Positions 21,997 to 31,534 of a stretch of 32,000 bases of DNA are shown in pieces (the stretch's first letter is position 1; each line of letters opens with the position of its first letter). The notes under the pieces are model-generated. The model was not told the origin of the DNA. It saw nothing but the letters and a program-made list of their open reading frames with translations, and searched no databases. Source of the stretch: Amoeboradix gromovi X-113 (lineage: Eukaryota > Fungi > Sanchytriomycota). Location: contig JADGIF010000026.1 of NCBI GenBank assembly GCA_018985225.1, forward strand, positions 1,951 to 33,950, in the 5' to 3' direction. The position numbers were made by a program, and so were the translations under genes.

Positions 21997-22338
21997 CGCT
22001 GCACAGACAGCTCACAGCTTGCTATTTTGCAAACGCGTTGGCGTCAAAACACCATAGCGAGGAAATGTGTGCATAGAACGGAGCATATTGCTTGGAAATA
22101 TAGGATTATATTTCAAGAGAGCGTGGAGATCGAATCTCGGCGTGGTAGGGACTCCGGCTTTCTCAAATCCGGAATGAGAGGTGCTTGTCTACAACTAGTG
22201 TATTTAATGGCACCAGCTCTACAATACCGCTGTCCCAATAAATACCATTCTTACTAAGATCTTCAAATTGGAATGTAAGGTAGCTTTTTTATGCTGTTCG
22301 TAAGAACCGGATGTCCCTACTGATAAGACAACGCAGCG
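21997..22338 (+). ncRNA. Candidate structured RNA of about 340 nt, unknown family
   Basis: Long-range stems 22145-57/22307-20, 22248-54/22300-06 and 21997-22002/22333-38; hairpins 22018-61 and 22091-117. Confidence 0.4.
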
Positions 22339-22744
22339 GCAACCGATTAGCAACAATCTTTTGAGTGTTGTGATGTGTATTGCGTAACAAAATGCAATTT
22401 TTCCTATAGATATTTATTTATTAACAGTTGCTATTTTGACAGAGAGACAGCAAGGTGCCTTTGTCATAATGTCTTTCATTTGTTTAATGGAACGCATCTA
22501 AAAAACAAAGGCTCGTGGAAAGAGACAAGAAAGGACTTTTTATCTTGGCAAAAATATCACATACATGATCACCTATGCTTTAAGCGACACTTCGCATCAA
22601 TAATATTAAAGTTGGAGCGTTAGTTTAGTGAGACCTCTATACATAGTTTTAGATACCATTTTGTAATCCTCTTTTACCCTATCTACTTTCATAGAGCAAG
22701 CCACCAATGTGTGTTTGACACAATTTGAGCCTATTTTTTGTGAC

Positions 22745-25249
22745 ATGATCTCCATTCCATTGGCAAATAGCCAAACATTAGAAATTGAAGAGTCCAACGT
22801 TGTTGAACATTACTCTCAGTTGATTCCAGTGCTTATTGAGAACAATGTTGAAGATTTTTACTTTGGTATGATTCTTCAATGTTTGTCTAAGTTATCAGTG
22901 TTTGAATCCGTCCATCTTCCGGATTCTCTTCACGGGCAGTTATGGCAAGGAGCAATTCATTTAACTAACAGAGATACCACCTTGCTGCAGTTTACTTTAG
23001 ATAATATGGAGCGTATCGATATGCTTCACCCATTTTCAGAATTTGTCAAACTGGCTCTAATGTACTCCAACAATGAATTCAAGGAATGTTTGTCAACTTG
23101 TGATGCTTTGCTCAAGCTATCAAACCAGAACTCTGCTATCTTTCTTGTTCCCAGCATTCTGTATATTAAAGCAATGTCACTTCGTCATTTACAATTTTAC
23201 AAGCGCTCATTGTCCGCTTTACAACAGCTGCTAAGATGCTGCTATCATTATGATTTAGATGTGCTAAACGTGCAATTGTATATTGCCAGCACTTTTGAGT
23301 TACTGAATATGAATCGCGAGGCAGAACTTGCTACTTTGTCCATTTTATCTAAATATCCAATGAATCCAAGAGCTATTCATATTCTTAGTATTGTTTATCT
23401 TAAATTAAATAGACCAAATGCTATAGCTCTCTTTAAAACTGCATTATACAAGTTGCCCAAAGATATATATGTTCTTGCAAAGTTGGCTGAATTACTGCTA
23501 TTGAAATCCCCTGGTAAAGCTATCCCGTTGTTCAATCATGTCTATTCAAGATCTACGTCATTGTTACATCAATTGGCTAGCAAAGCACTGGGATTGCATT
23601 ATCACTGTAACAACCAATTTACAAAAGCATTCAAACACTACAAGATTGCTCAACATCACCTAGGCACCTTACAATTATCTGTTTTAAATGAAAAGAATCC
23701 AATACAGTATTATCACAAACTGTCAAAAACGCAATTAAACCATCCGATTCTGTCAATGCTCAAGTGTTTTACTCTTGCGATGATCAACAAGCAGCTTATC
23801 AAATCAATGATTCCCAATTGCAAGATCGAAATAAAGAACAAATACATTCAGGAGTACAAGTCAAATGTAGCTAAAATCAAGTTGCTATATCAGCAAGCAA
23901 TTGCATCGACTAGTATTTCAGAAAATGACTCATACACACTCATAATGACTATATTGGGTGGTTTAAGCGGTAATACAGACCAATATGAGTATTTTGTTGC
24001 AAAGGCTCCTAATTTGCTAAATTGTAAATATCTGTTAGTTTACACTGCTCATCTGTTTATGAACAAAGATTATTATAAATGTGTCAAACTGAACGAATTA
24101 ATATGCAAAAATCTGCTGACTTTAAAAATGCAAGCTCACATAATGTTCGATATTGTGCAATATAATAGAATAAGGTTGCTAGAAGTGAATGACTTGGACT
24201 CGGCACTGGCAGAATACAACGCTTTCTCTAGCAAGAATCATTATATACAACAAAAGGTTAAGTCAAGAATAGATTGTATACATTTTATGCTCAAGATGGA
24301 TATCGACCCGGAAAGTATATACGGTGCCATATCAATAGACTCTCCTGCTAACTGGCATAAGCTGAATCAAATAGACAAGTGCGATATTTACAATATTGCA
24401 CAAATGGCCCACTGCTTTGTAAAACAGTCAAATAGTAAAAACCTGCAAACTGCCTTTAAATGGCTAAAGGTAGCACATTATATGGACCATCACCACTTGT
24501 TGACTGCTCACATGCTACTGTATATACTATATAAGCTTAACAAGCCCTTATCCTTGTACTATCTAAAGTTGATAAACTACCCGTTGATGATGCACAATTA
24601 TGTCATGGTCTTGTTTGAATGTAATAGAATAACCGAATGCATCCCTGTTTTGAGGCAATTGATATCACTGAGGACTACTAGCTTGGACGATAAAGTGCTT
24701 TATATGCATCTATTGGGCAAGACGGGAAACTTGGTAATGCTTAACAGAGCGGCTTTTATGAAAATGGACAGAAACATGATTAAAGATGTATACACACAGA
24801 TGTGCAATGAGCCGAAGCTATTTAAGGACGGTTTACGAATGCTGAAAGGATTAGCCGAAAATAAGCAGCTACGAGACACATTTGATGAAGAGATTATAGG
24901 AAAGGTATATGATTTAGAAATGCAAGTACAATTAAAAGAAAAGATCGTAGCACCATCTACTATAATTCATAAAGTGGATGAAATGAACGTGGACGTTGTA
25001 GATGACAACGAGGAAGAAAGAGAAATTGAGTTACAGCGATTACAGTTGCTAAACAAAATGAAGGGCATGATGAGTGTTAGAGAAGCGGAGGATGAAAGAC
25101 CTAAGAAAAAGCAAAAACTCGGCAAAAGAAAAAGAAAGGCTACTAATGAACCTGGAGTAGAGCAACAAGTAGAGCAAGAGCAACAAGTAGAGCAAGAGCA
25201 ACAAGTTAAACAACGCGCTAATTTGGCAATAGAGAGCGATGCTGAGTAA
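22745..25249 (+). CDS. CTR9: TPR-repeat protein, divergent CTR9-like (Paf1 complex)
   Basis: N-terminus MISIPLANSQTLEIE...LIPVLIENNV resembles CTR9 IEIPLxxxxEVIE...ILxxE. TPR-like helices throughout and a basic/acidic tail (RPKKKQKLGKRKRK). Confidence 0.6.
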   Translation: MISIPLANSQTLEIEESNVVEHYSQLIPVLIENNVEDFYFGMILQCLSKLSVFESVHLPDSLHGQLWQGAIHLTNRDTTLLQFTLDNMERIDMLHPFSEFVKLALMYSNNEFKECLSTCDALLKLSNQNSAIFLVPSILYIKAMSLRHLQFYKRSLSALQQLLRCCYHYDLDVLNVQLYIASTFELLNMNREAELATLSILSKYPMNPRAIHILSIVYLKLNRPNAIALFKTALYKLPKDIYVLAKLAELLLLKSPGKAIPLFNHVYSRSTSLLHQLASKALGLHYHCNNQFTKAFKHYKIAQHHLGTLQLSVLNEKNPIQYYHKLSKTQLNHPILSMLKCFTLAMINKQLIKSMIPNCKIEIKNKYIQEYKSNVAKIKLLYQQAIASTSISENDSYTLIMTILGGLSGNTDQYEYFVAKAPNLLNCKYLLVYTAHLFMNKDYYKCVKLNELICKNLLTLKMQAHIMFDIVQYNRIRLLEVNDLDSALAEYNAFSSKNHYIQQKVKSRIDCIHFMLKMDIDPESIYGAISIDSPANWHKLNQIDKCDIYNIAQMAHCFVKQSNSKNLQTAFKWLKVAHYMDHHHLLTAHMLLYILYKLNKPLSLYYLKLINYPLMMHNYVMVLFECNRITECIPVLRQLISLRTTSLDDKVLYMHLLGKTGNLVMLNRAAFMKMDRNMIKDVYTQMCNEPKLFKDGLRMLKGLAENKQLRDTFDEEIIGKVYDLEMQVQLKEKIVAPSTIIHKVDEMNVDVVDDNEEEREIELQRLQLLNKMKGMMSVREAEDERPKKKQKLGKRKRKATNEPGVEQQVEQEQQVEQEQQVKQRANLAIESDAE
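25157..25206 (+). repeat. Short coding tandem repeat (18-nt unit GAGCAACAAGTAGAGCAA; EQQVEQ)
   Basis: About 2.5 copies visible near the 3' end of the CTR9-like gene. Confidence 0.8.
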
Positions 25250-25451
25250 GTTGAATAAATATTCACTTTCCGGATTACCATTTTGGCTTTTTTCTCTTAA
25301 CATATGGGGTGTATTCATCTAGTAAACCATTCTTGTTCTTTCCTATAGGCATCCACTCTTGTCTCGGTCTATTTCTCATCGAGCATATCCATTATTCAAG
25401 ATTTGAGTCTTATTCCTCTCGTCTTCTCATTAGTTTTCTCAACAGTGGGGG

Positions 25452-27197
25452 ATGTCTACAACTATTGGTGGGCTAACTTCAAAACTTACTGATGATCCCA
25501 AAAGAATTATGAAGGAAATAAACAATGTCAAGAAGAATAAGCAATATAACAAACTTTCGGGATTGTATAACATGCTTTCCCAAGTGAACCAGGGTCCTTC
25601 AAGTGTTTCTGCGTTAGAGAAAGCAAAAAAGTATCATGGTTATTGCGACCCATTAGATGCTATTAACACATATTTAAACTATGCCGATTTAAATATATGT
25701 GATAACACTTTGCAGGCCAAGATTGACTTGGACCTGGCTCAAGGATACTTGGGTAAGCTAGACAAAAAGACAAGAGTAGAAAAAATAATTGACTTGTGCG
25801 ATTTATATCTTAAAATCGGATCCCCCTTGGATGTTTTAGATTTAACCAGAATGGTGAAACGAGCAGATGATGCCAGCATGTTCTCTCTGTTGCTACTGAA
25901 ATCAAGAGCATACAGACAAGAACAGAGATTTCAAAATGCGCTCGAAGTTATATCTGAGATGGATTCTTTGATTTCCATCAGTAGACAGGCAGTTAATCGA
26001 TGTAAAATTCTTGGTGAGATGGCCAAAATTTATTGTATGATGGGAGATTACGATAATGAGTCCAGGTTAAAAACACAGTACTATGACTTGAAAAACAAAG
26101 AAGAAGTACACATATCAGATGATTCTCTCAGTAGTTTGAGTGTAGCTGAAAACCAAACAGTTACAGAGTTTAATATCATAGTGAAAATTCATCACAAGTG
26201 TGTGTTCTTACAAATAGATGAAATCTTAATCGCAGTCGATAGCAATATGAGTCATTCTGCTATAAAAGAGAGAGTGCTTCATGAACTGACTGCTAAGTTA
26301 AAAATACCACGTCTGGTTATAAAAAAGTTCATTCTACCAAAGTCGCTCATCAGTAATAATAAAGCAGAGGTATGGCTGTCAAACTCCTCATTGCCTACGC
26401 TATCTTCTCTATACAAATCTGTTGCGAATCCAGTTAATAAAACATTTGCAAGTATTCTTGGAAACATCAACAACTCATTAACAAAAGTTGACTTGTCTTA
26501 TCTCCGCCTAAAAGATAGCGATTACACATTTGTGCACGAATATTTACCTGCGAACCTTTCAACTTTAAATATTTCTCACAATTTTCTAACTGGTGTGTCT
26601 GGAATTTTTGACAAGTTTAAACAGCTACGAGAATTGGATGTGTCTAACAACTGCTTATCCGGACCTTTGAATATATCCTCTGTTTCTGCAAACATAACTT
26701 GCTGGAAAAGTGCCAACATCTTGGAAATTAGTGATAAAACTATGCAAATCGTAATGGATTTAGCAACATTTGTATTACCTAGTGCATTGGATGCACTAGG
26801 CGACTCAAACATAGTCAAGCTAAGTGCAAGAGAGTCTAAGTTCACGCGAGAGTCTTATTTTAACTTGAAAAGTGGATTGAGAAGAATGAGGCACTTGAAA
26901 GATTTAGACCTGAGTGGACTGATCATAGATGACCCGATAGCTTTGGATTGCATTCCTTGCACAGTTACAAACTTAGCATTGGATTTAACTGTTTTTACTG
27001 ATATTTGTGATTATCACTTGAGAAGCGAGAACTTATCAGTTTTGTCATTAAAAACTTGTGTGTTTTATGGCAACAGCGAGAGCCTATTAGTTTCTCAGAT
27101 CATGAACTTGAATGTAAGATGTGTATTGTTGAATGATTCAGCGTTATCAAAACCTAACTTAGAATTGCTGGAAAAAAGAATGCTTGTTATACGCTAG
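25452..27197 (+). CDS. TPR + LRR protein, Tonsoku-like (TONSL) architecture
   Basis: N-terminal TPR-like helices, a central beta-rich segment, SLPTLSSLYKS (cf. TONSL LPPLxxRY), then LRRs (LSTLNISHNFLT, LRELDVSNNCLS, LKDLDLSG). Confidence 0.55.
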   Translation: MSTTIGGLTSKLTDDPKRIMKEINNVKKNKQYNKLSGLYNMLSQVNQGPSSVSALEKAKKYHGYCDPLDAINTYLNYADLNICDNTLQAKIDLDLAQGYLGKLDKKTRVEKIIDLCDLYLKIGSPLDVLDLTRMVKRADDASMFSLLLLKSRAYRQEQRFQNALEVISEMDSLISISRQAVNRCKILGEMAKIYCMMGDYDNESRLKTQYYDLKNKEEVHISDDSLSSLSVAENQTVTEFNIIVKIHHKCVFLQIDEILIAVDSNMSHSAIKERVLHELTAKLKIPRLVIKKFILPKSLISNNKAEVWLSNSSLPTLSSLYKSVANPVNKTFASILGNINNSLTKVDLSYLRLKDSDYTFVHEYLPANLSTLNISHNFLTGVSGIFDKFKQLRELDVSNNCLSGPLNISSVSANITCWKSANILEISDKTMQIVMDLATFVLPSALDALGDSNIVKLSARESKFTRESYFNLKSGLRRMRHLKDLDLSGLIIDDPIALDCIPCTVTNLALDLTVFTDICDYHLRSENLSVLSLKTCVFYGNSESLLVSQIMNLNVRCVLLNDSALSKPNLELLEKRMLVIR

Positions 27198-27549
27198 AGT
27201 CTTTCATTATTTAATGCAGAACTTATGCAAAAACCCACGAGTGTAGCTCATCGCCAGCCGCTTATATAATTGTTAAAAGTGAGATGCCTCGTATCTCCAG
27301 TCGTTAGATATATTGGTTGAGCCTCGGAAGGTTAGGCTAAGTAATTTTTGCGAAACATTTTCCTATTGTATCGCTTGCAAGTTAACAAAATACTTAGATT
27401 TCGTTTCCTTTTTGCTTTCCAGTCTTCACCATTTTGTAACTGCACTTCCATGAGTTGCAGTTCTGGCTCGCTATCTCTATAATATTTTGGAAGATACCTC
27501 GGCGCAGTAATTGCTTAAGCGCAACTGAAATAGTCTAAAAGGACCCAGT

Positions 27550-28515
27550 CTCCTCATTGAATGACCTGATCTCAGAGAAAATCAAAAATTTCCAGAAAGA
27601 AAATAATTTCTCCATCACAGTAATTGCTCACGCTTCCACGCTCTGAGGCGGAACTGAATAAGGATATATACAAGTTCATGCCACCTGCTGCCATACGGTC
27701 TTTATCCACTTTCGAATCACAGTTTACACAGCCCGATTGTTTTCTTGAATAAATTATTTATCGCGAATTTGTATGCATTTTTGTATAATTTCAAGACTTT
27801 TCCAGATTTTTCTAATAGCCTAAATACTCGATATTCTTCTTTTTCGCAAATGGTAAATGGAATCTAAAGAAATAACTAGCAGGTACAGCATATATTCATC
27901 TCAGACTGATAAGCTGGTCCAAAGATGGAAGAATTAGATGTCTTTCAATGCCTAGACAGCAATATCTGTACAATTTATTCAAGGAACGCTTGAAGTTCAA
28001 ATGTAGACAAAGAGGAGAGACTATAATCGAATGTAATGAATCATTTACTAGTCAGACATGGACAAGGTATGGCAATCTAAAAAGAACCAACTTAGAAACT
28101 TACGCCTGTACCAATTGTCATTTGGAGATAGATAGAGACCGTATGGCAGCAAGGAACATATACATCAAGTATATGCATCGTTATTCAATCCCGCCTCAGG
28201 GTAGTGAAAGCGTGAGCTATCCCTATAACGGAGCATCTAGCATTGCTAGTTTCTCTGTGGAAATTCTCAATTTTCTCGGAAATCAGGACTTTTAATGAGG
28301 AGCTAACTCTCCTGATTACTTTACCTCAGAGCGCCACGTCTAACATCCTGGCTCTTTAATTGGTTCATTGGATTGTACCAATGTCTTTCCAGTTATTTCT
28401 CAGATGAGGAAACAAATTGCCCTGCTTTTATACAGTTAGAAATTATAATCTGAACATTTTGAGCGATAACTTTCATGTAGTAACAATAAACGATTTATTC
28501 AAGAAAAATCATCAG
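27550..28515 (-). mobile_element. Older degenerate Fanzor2-derived element (copy C), split by insertion of copy B
   Basis: Left end TAG|CTGATGATTTTTCTTGAATAAATCGTTTAT at 28515. GKTLVQSNEP... in 28303-28390 continues across copy B into CVNCDSKVDKDRMAA at 27731 and below. Right end ...TCAATGAGGAG at 27550. Confidence 0.85.
27732..28302 (+). mobile_element. Non-autonomous, internally deleted Fanzor2-derived element (copy B), nested in copy C
   Basis: FKERLKFKCRQRGETIIECNESFTSQT...CTNCHLEIDRDRMAARNI. Ends match copy A; AG at both junctions (27730-31 and 28301-02). Confidence 0.9.
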
Positions 28516-29693
28516 CTACTTCCAAACTTCTTTGTCCATTCTAAGTATCGCTTTACATCTTCTTTAGATACTGAAGGTTTAATTTTGGCAATTGCGTCAT
28601 AAAAGTCTTTCAATACTACAGGTTCATTGAATTCGGCAGGATTCATATTTTTAATATCTTCCATTGCCATTCCCTTGATTTTCCTTCTTAAAACCATAAG
28701 AGCGGCATCTCTACAGATATTTGCAATATCGGCGCCACTATATCCATCAAGCTCTTCTATAATCTTGTTAAAGTCTACATTGTGACTGAGTTCGACGTCT
28801 CTTAATGAACTTTTCAACAACTCCAATCTACCCACTGGTCCTGGTAAGGGTATATACACTCTCTTCTCTAATCTTCGCCTTAACGCTTCGTCTAAATCCC
28901 AAGGAAAATTAGTGGCAGCAATTACAACTACAAATTTTTCATGATCAGAAGATAAACCATCCATTTGAACCAGAATTTCTGTTTTCATACGTCTACTGGA
29001 TTCATGCTCTCCTGACCCACCTCTGCTACTACATAAACTATCAATTTCATCAATAAATATTACGCTTGGTGCCTTTTCTCTAGCCGTTTCAAACAATATT
29101 CGAACTAATTTCTCGGAGTCTCCTTTCCATTTACTTGCTAAGGTTGAAGCGCTCACATTGAAAAATGTTGTCCCTATCTCACAGGATAGCGCTTTTGCAA
29201 GCAGCGTTTTGCCTGTTCCTGGAGGTCCATATAAGCACACTCCTTTCCAAGGCCTTCGTATTCCTTTGAAAAAGTTCGGAATTATCAAAGGTAGCACTAC
29301 TGCTTCTCTCAGTAATTCTTTGGCATCATTTAGTCCCGCTATGTCTTCCCATTTTACTTTTCCTTCCTTTGTCATTATATCATTAAGTACAATGTCATAA
29401 AGCTCCGAATCTCCAACTAACCCTTGCTTTTCAGCCTTTGGTTTTTCTTTGACTTTTGATTTATGGGTATTTTTCAAGTCATTGGATGATTTAGCCTTGA
29501 ACGTTATCTTGGGTTTGTAGTCTAAAGCGCTTGATGTACTTGATTTTTTCAATTTTTTAACAGCAATGGGCATGTCAATTATGAAATACTTCTCAATTTC
29601 CTCAATCTCACTGACAACCTTTGCATACTTTGATTCCTTCTTGATTTTCACATACTTTCCTAACAGCAAATCTTCCATCTCTTGGTTGTTCAT
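28512..29693 (-). CDS. KATNA1: Katanin p60 catalytic subunit (AAA ATPase)
   Basis: WEDIAGL, FFKGIRRPWKGV, GPPGTGKT, IFIDEIDS, EHESSRRMKTEILVQMDG, AATNFPWDLDEALRRRLEKRVYIPLP and terminal FGS. Confidence 0.92.
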   Translation of the reverse strand: MNNQEMEDLLLGKYVKIKKESKYAKVVSEIEEIEKYFIIDMPIAVKKLKKSSTSSALDYKPKITFKAKSSNDLKNTHKSKVKEKPKAEKQGLVGDSELYDIVLNDIMTKEGKVKWEDIAGLNDAKELLREAVVLPLIIPNFFKGIRRPWKGVCLYGPPGTGKTLLAKALSCEIGTTFFNVSASTLASKWKGDSEKLVRILFETAREKAPSVIFIDEIDSLCSSRGGSGEHESSRRMKTEILVQMDGLSSDHEKFVVVIAATNFPWDLDEALRRRLEKRVYIPLPGPVGRLELLKSSLRDVELSHNVDFNKIIEELDGYSGADIANICRDAALMVLRRKIKGMAMEDIKNMNPAEFNEPVVLKDFYDAIAKIKPSVSKEDVKRYLEWTKKFGSS

Positions 29694-29722
29694 GGTTCAA
29701 CTGTTTCAATACTTTTCCAAAC

Positions 29723-30802
29723 ATGATTTATCAGCTAATTATGTGCCGTGATGGTAAATCTATCTTCGACTTGGGTACGAAAATATTTGATGTAAAGGAT
29801 GTGCCTTTGCTGTTTTCCTTGCATCATTCCAATAAAATTAAGATGATAAAAGGCGAAAGTACCGCAATATATTTTAACGACATAGAGAATGTACTTTATA
29901 TATCAACCCACCCAATTAATGAGCTAAGCCGTCTAATTCACAGTTACTGTATAGCTCTCCATCGGACATTTCCTAATCATTTATCCGATATTTTGGGGCT
30001 TGTAAGTTCCAATATACAACAATTAAGATTGTTTTCTAGCATAAATGCACATACCGTTACTAAAACAAAGTCTTTGGATAAATCTATTCGTCATTCTAAT
30101 GAGCATTTGCTTGCTACTTTAGTTTTCACAAGCCACAAGTATTTATTTGCCACACTTCGGGCATTTTATAAGAGGCAGTCATTTAATCTGAGTGCGGCTG
30201 ATATTTTAATCATTCAGATAGTAATAAGTCGTAGATCTGAGGGGCATAAATGGATTCCTGTTCAGTTAGATAGCCTTGTGTTCTTATTGATTACAAGTGA
30301 AGCAGATATTCATTATGTTCATGTGTCTAACAAATACGACAAGTTTGATGATATAATGCTTATTCATAACAGGTGTAGAAACAGTTTCCCTTCTCATTTG
30401 TCACATTATAATTTCAAATTAGAAAACTCGTTGTTTGGCTTATTCTGTCACAACACACAAGCAATACCTGTATACAATGAGAGGCTACTGAAGCTAAAAT
30501 TCCAAAAATTCAATTTAAAGAACAAATCTGACTCATTTGAACAGTTTATGAATTACTTTACAAATGAAGTTGCTGTAAAGCTAATTTTAAAGGTGCAAGG
30601 ATATATTGAAAGCAAGGATAGACCCCTAGAGACCTGCCAAGTTACTGCTGTAATTGATGATATAAATTACTCTTGTTCAGGATGGTGCAAAGGCGACCGG
30701 TTGTATTTGATCAGTTCATATGAGAAAGCAAACTTGATTGAAAGAGAGAAGAACTTCTTGCTTAAACAAATAGAATCAAAAGAAGATTTGTTCTTGTATT
30801 AG
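29723..30802 (+). CDS. Putative longin-domain protein of the Mon1/Fuzzy/HPS1 type
   Basis: 359-aa ORF. N-terminal LIMCRDGKSIF (cf. Mon1 ILSxAGKPI) and DILIIQIVI...WIPVQL (cf. DLxLLxN...WxPICL). Weak motif recall only. Confidence 0.45.
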   Translation: MIYQLIMCRDGKSIFDLGTKIFDVKDVPLLFSLHHSNKIKMIKGESTAIYFNDIENVLYISTHPINELSRLIHSYCIALHRTFPNHLSDILGLVSSNIQQLRLFSSINAHTVTKTKSLDKSIRHSNEHLLATLVFTSHKYLFATLRAFYKRQSFNLSAADILIIQIVISRRSEGHKWIPVQLDSLVFLLITSEADIHYVHVSNKYDKFDDIMLIHNRCRNSFPSHLSHYNFKLENSLFGLFCHNTQAIPVYNERLLKLKFQKFNLKNKSDSFEQFMNYFTNEVAVKLILKVQGYIESKDRPLETCQVTAVIDDINYSCSGWCKGDRLYLISSYEKANLIEREKNFLLKQIESKEDLFLY

Positions 30803-30814
30803 TAAATATTTTAT

Positions 30815-31360
30815 TTAAGGAGTCGGATTTGCTGCTTTTTGTGGGGCCCAATCCTGTTCAGGAGCTACGCTCTTGCTCGAAGTGCTAGATGCAATCGCAG
30901 AAGCTAGTATGGCACCAACGGTTGCAGCCTGAGCAATCATTCGTCCTTGAACTATCTTTTCCGAAAATTTCATGGTTTTTTGAGTAGACAAGTATGCCAT
31001 AGCACCAAGCATAGAAATGGCCCAGACGCTACCAACAATTTTGTATTTGTTTTGCTCCAAAGAGTCTCTCCAGCTAGATGAATTCACCGATGTTCCAGTA
31101 GTATAATGTGAACTACCACTGGAAATAAATGCAGCCCTTTCACTACCTAGTACAAATCCAGCAATTCCTGCAGCGCTGATCAAAAAAGTTTTTGGCCCAA
31201 TAGATATGCTTTTCCAAGCAGGACTGTATCTAGTTCCAATGAAGTTCCCACCTAAACCCAACCCAAGACCAATTAGTCCAAATCTTAAACCCAATTTCTT
31301 TGCATTATGTGTATACTCTTCTAATGCTTTTTCAGAGTTACTTTTTTTGCTAAAAGACAT
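30815..31360 (-). CDS. RCF2: HIG1-domain mitochondrial respiratory supercomplex factor (Rcf2-like)
   Basis: N-terminal TM hairpin plus HIG1-type NKYKIVGSVWAISM...KIVQGRMIAQAATVGAIL. Confidence 0.8.
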   Translation of the reverse strand: MSFSKKSNSEKALEEYTHNAKKLGLRFGLIGLGLGLGGNFIGTRYSPAWKSISIGPKTFLISAAGIAGFVLGSERAAFISSGSSHYTTGTSVNSSSWRDSLEQNKYKIVGSVWAISMLGAMAYLSTQKTMKFSEKIVQGRMIAQAATVGAILASAIASSTSSKSVAPEQDWAPQKAANPTP

Positions 31361-31534
31361 TTAGTGGTCCGTGTTCCAGACTGCTCGTGAAATCGGATCT
31401 AAAATATTCAGAAAATTAATTCAACAGGTAAATTTGATGAGATAGAATTGAATTATTCTGACTTCAACTCTACGTGTATTCCGACTCTTTTTAAAAACAT
31501 AAGGTGAAAGCAAAACTTAAAGATTTATTGATTT

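Noticed and set aside
27550-28302. Apparent composite element with long terminal inverted repeats
   Set aside because: Explained by copy B inserted in opposite orientation inside copy C, whose 5' half continues at 28303-28515.
955-29751. Numerous short ORFs overlapping the large genes
   Set aside because: Antisense or alternate-frame shadows of well-supported coding regions.
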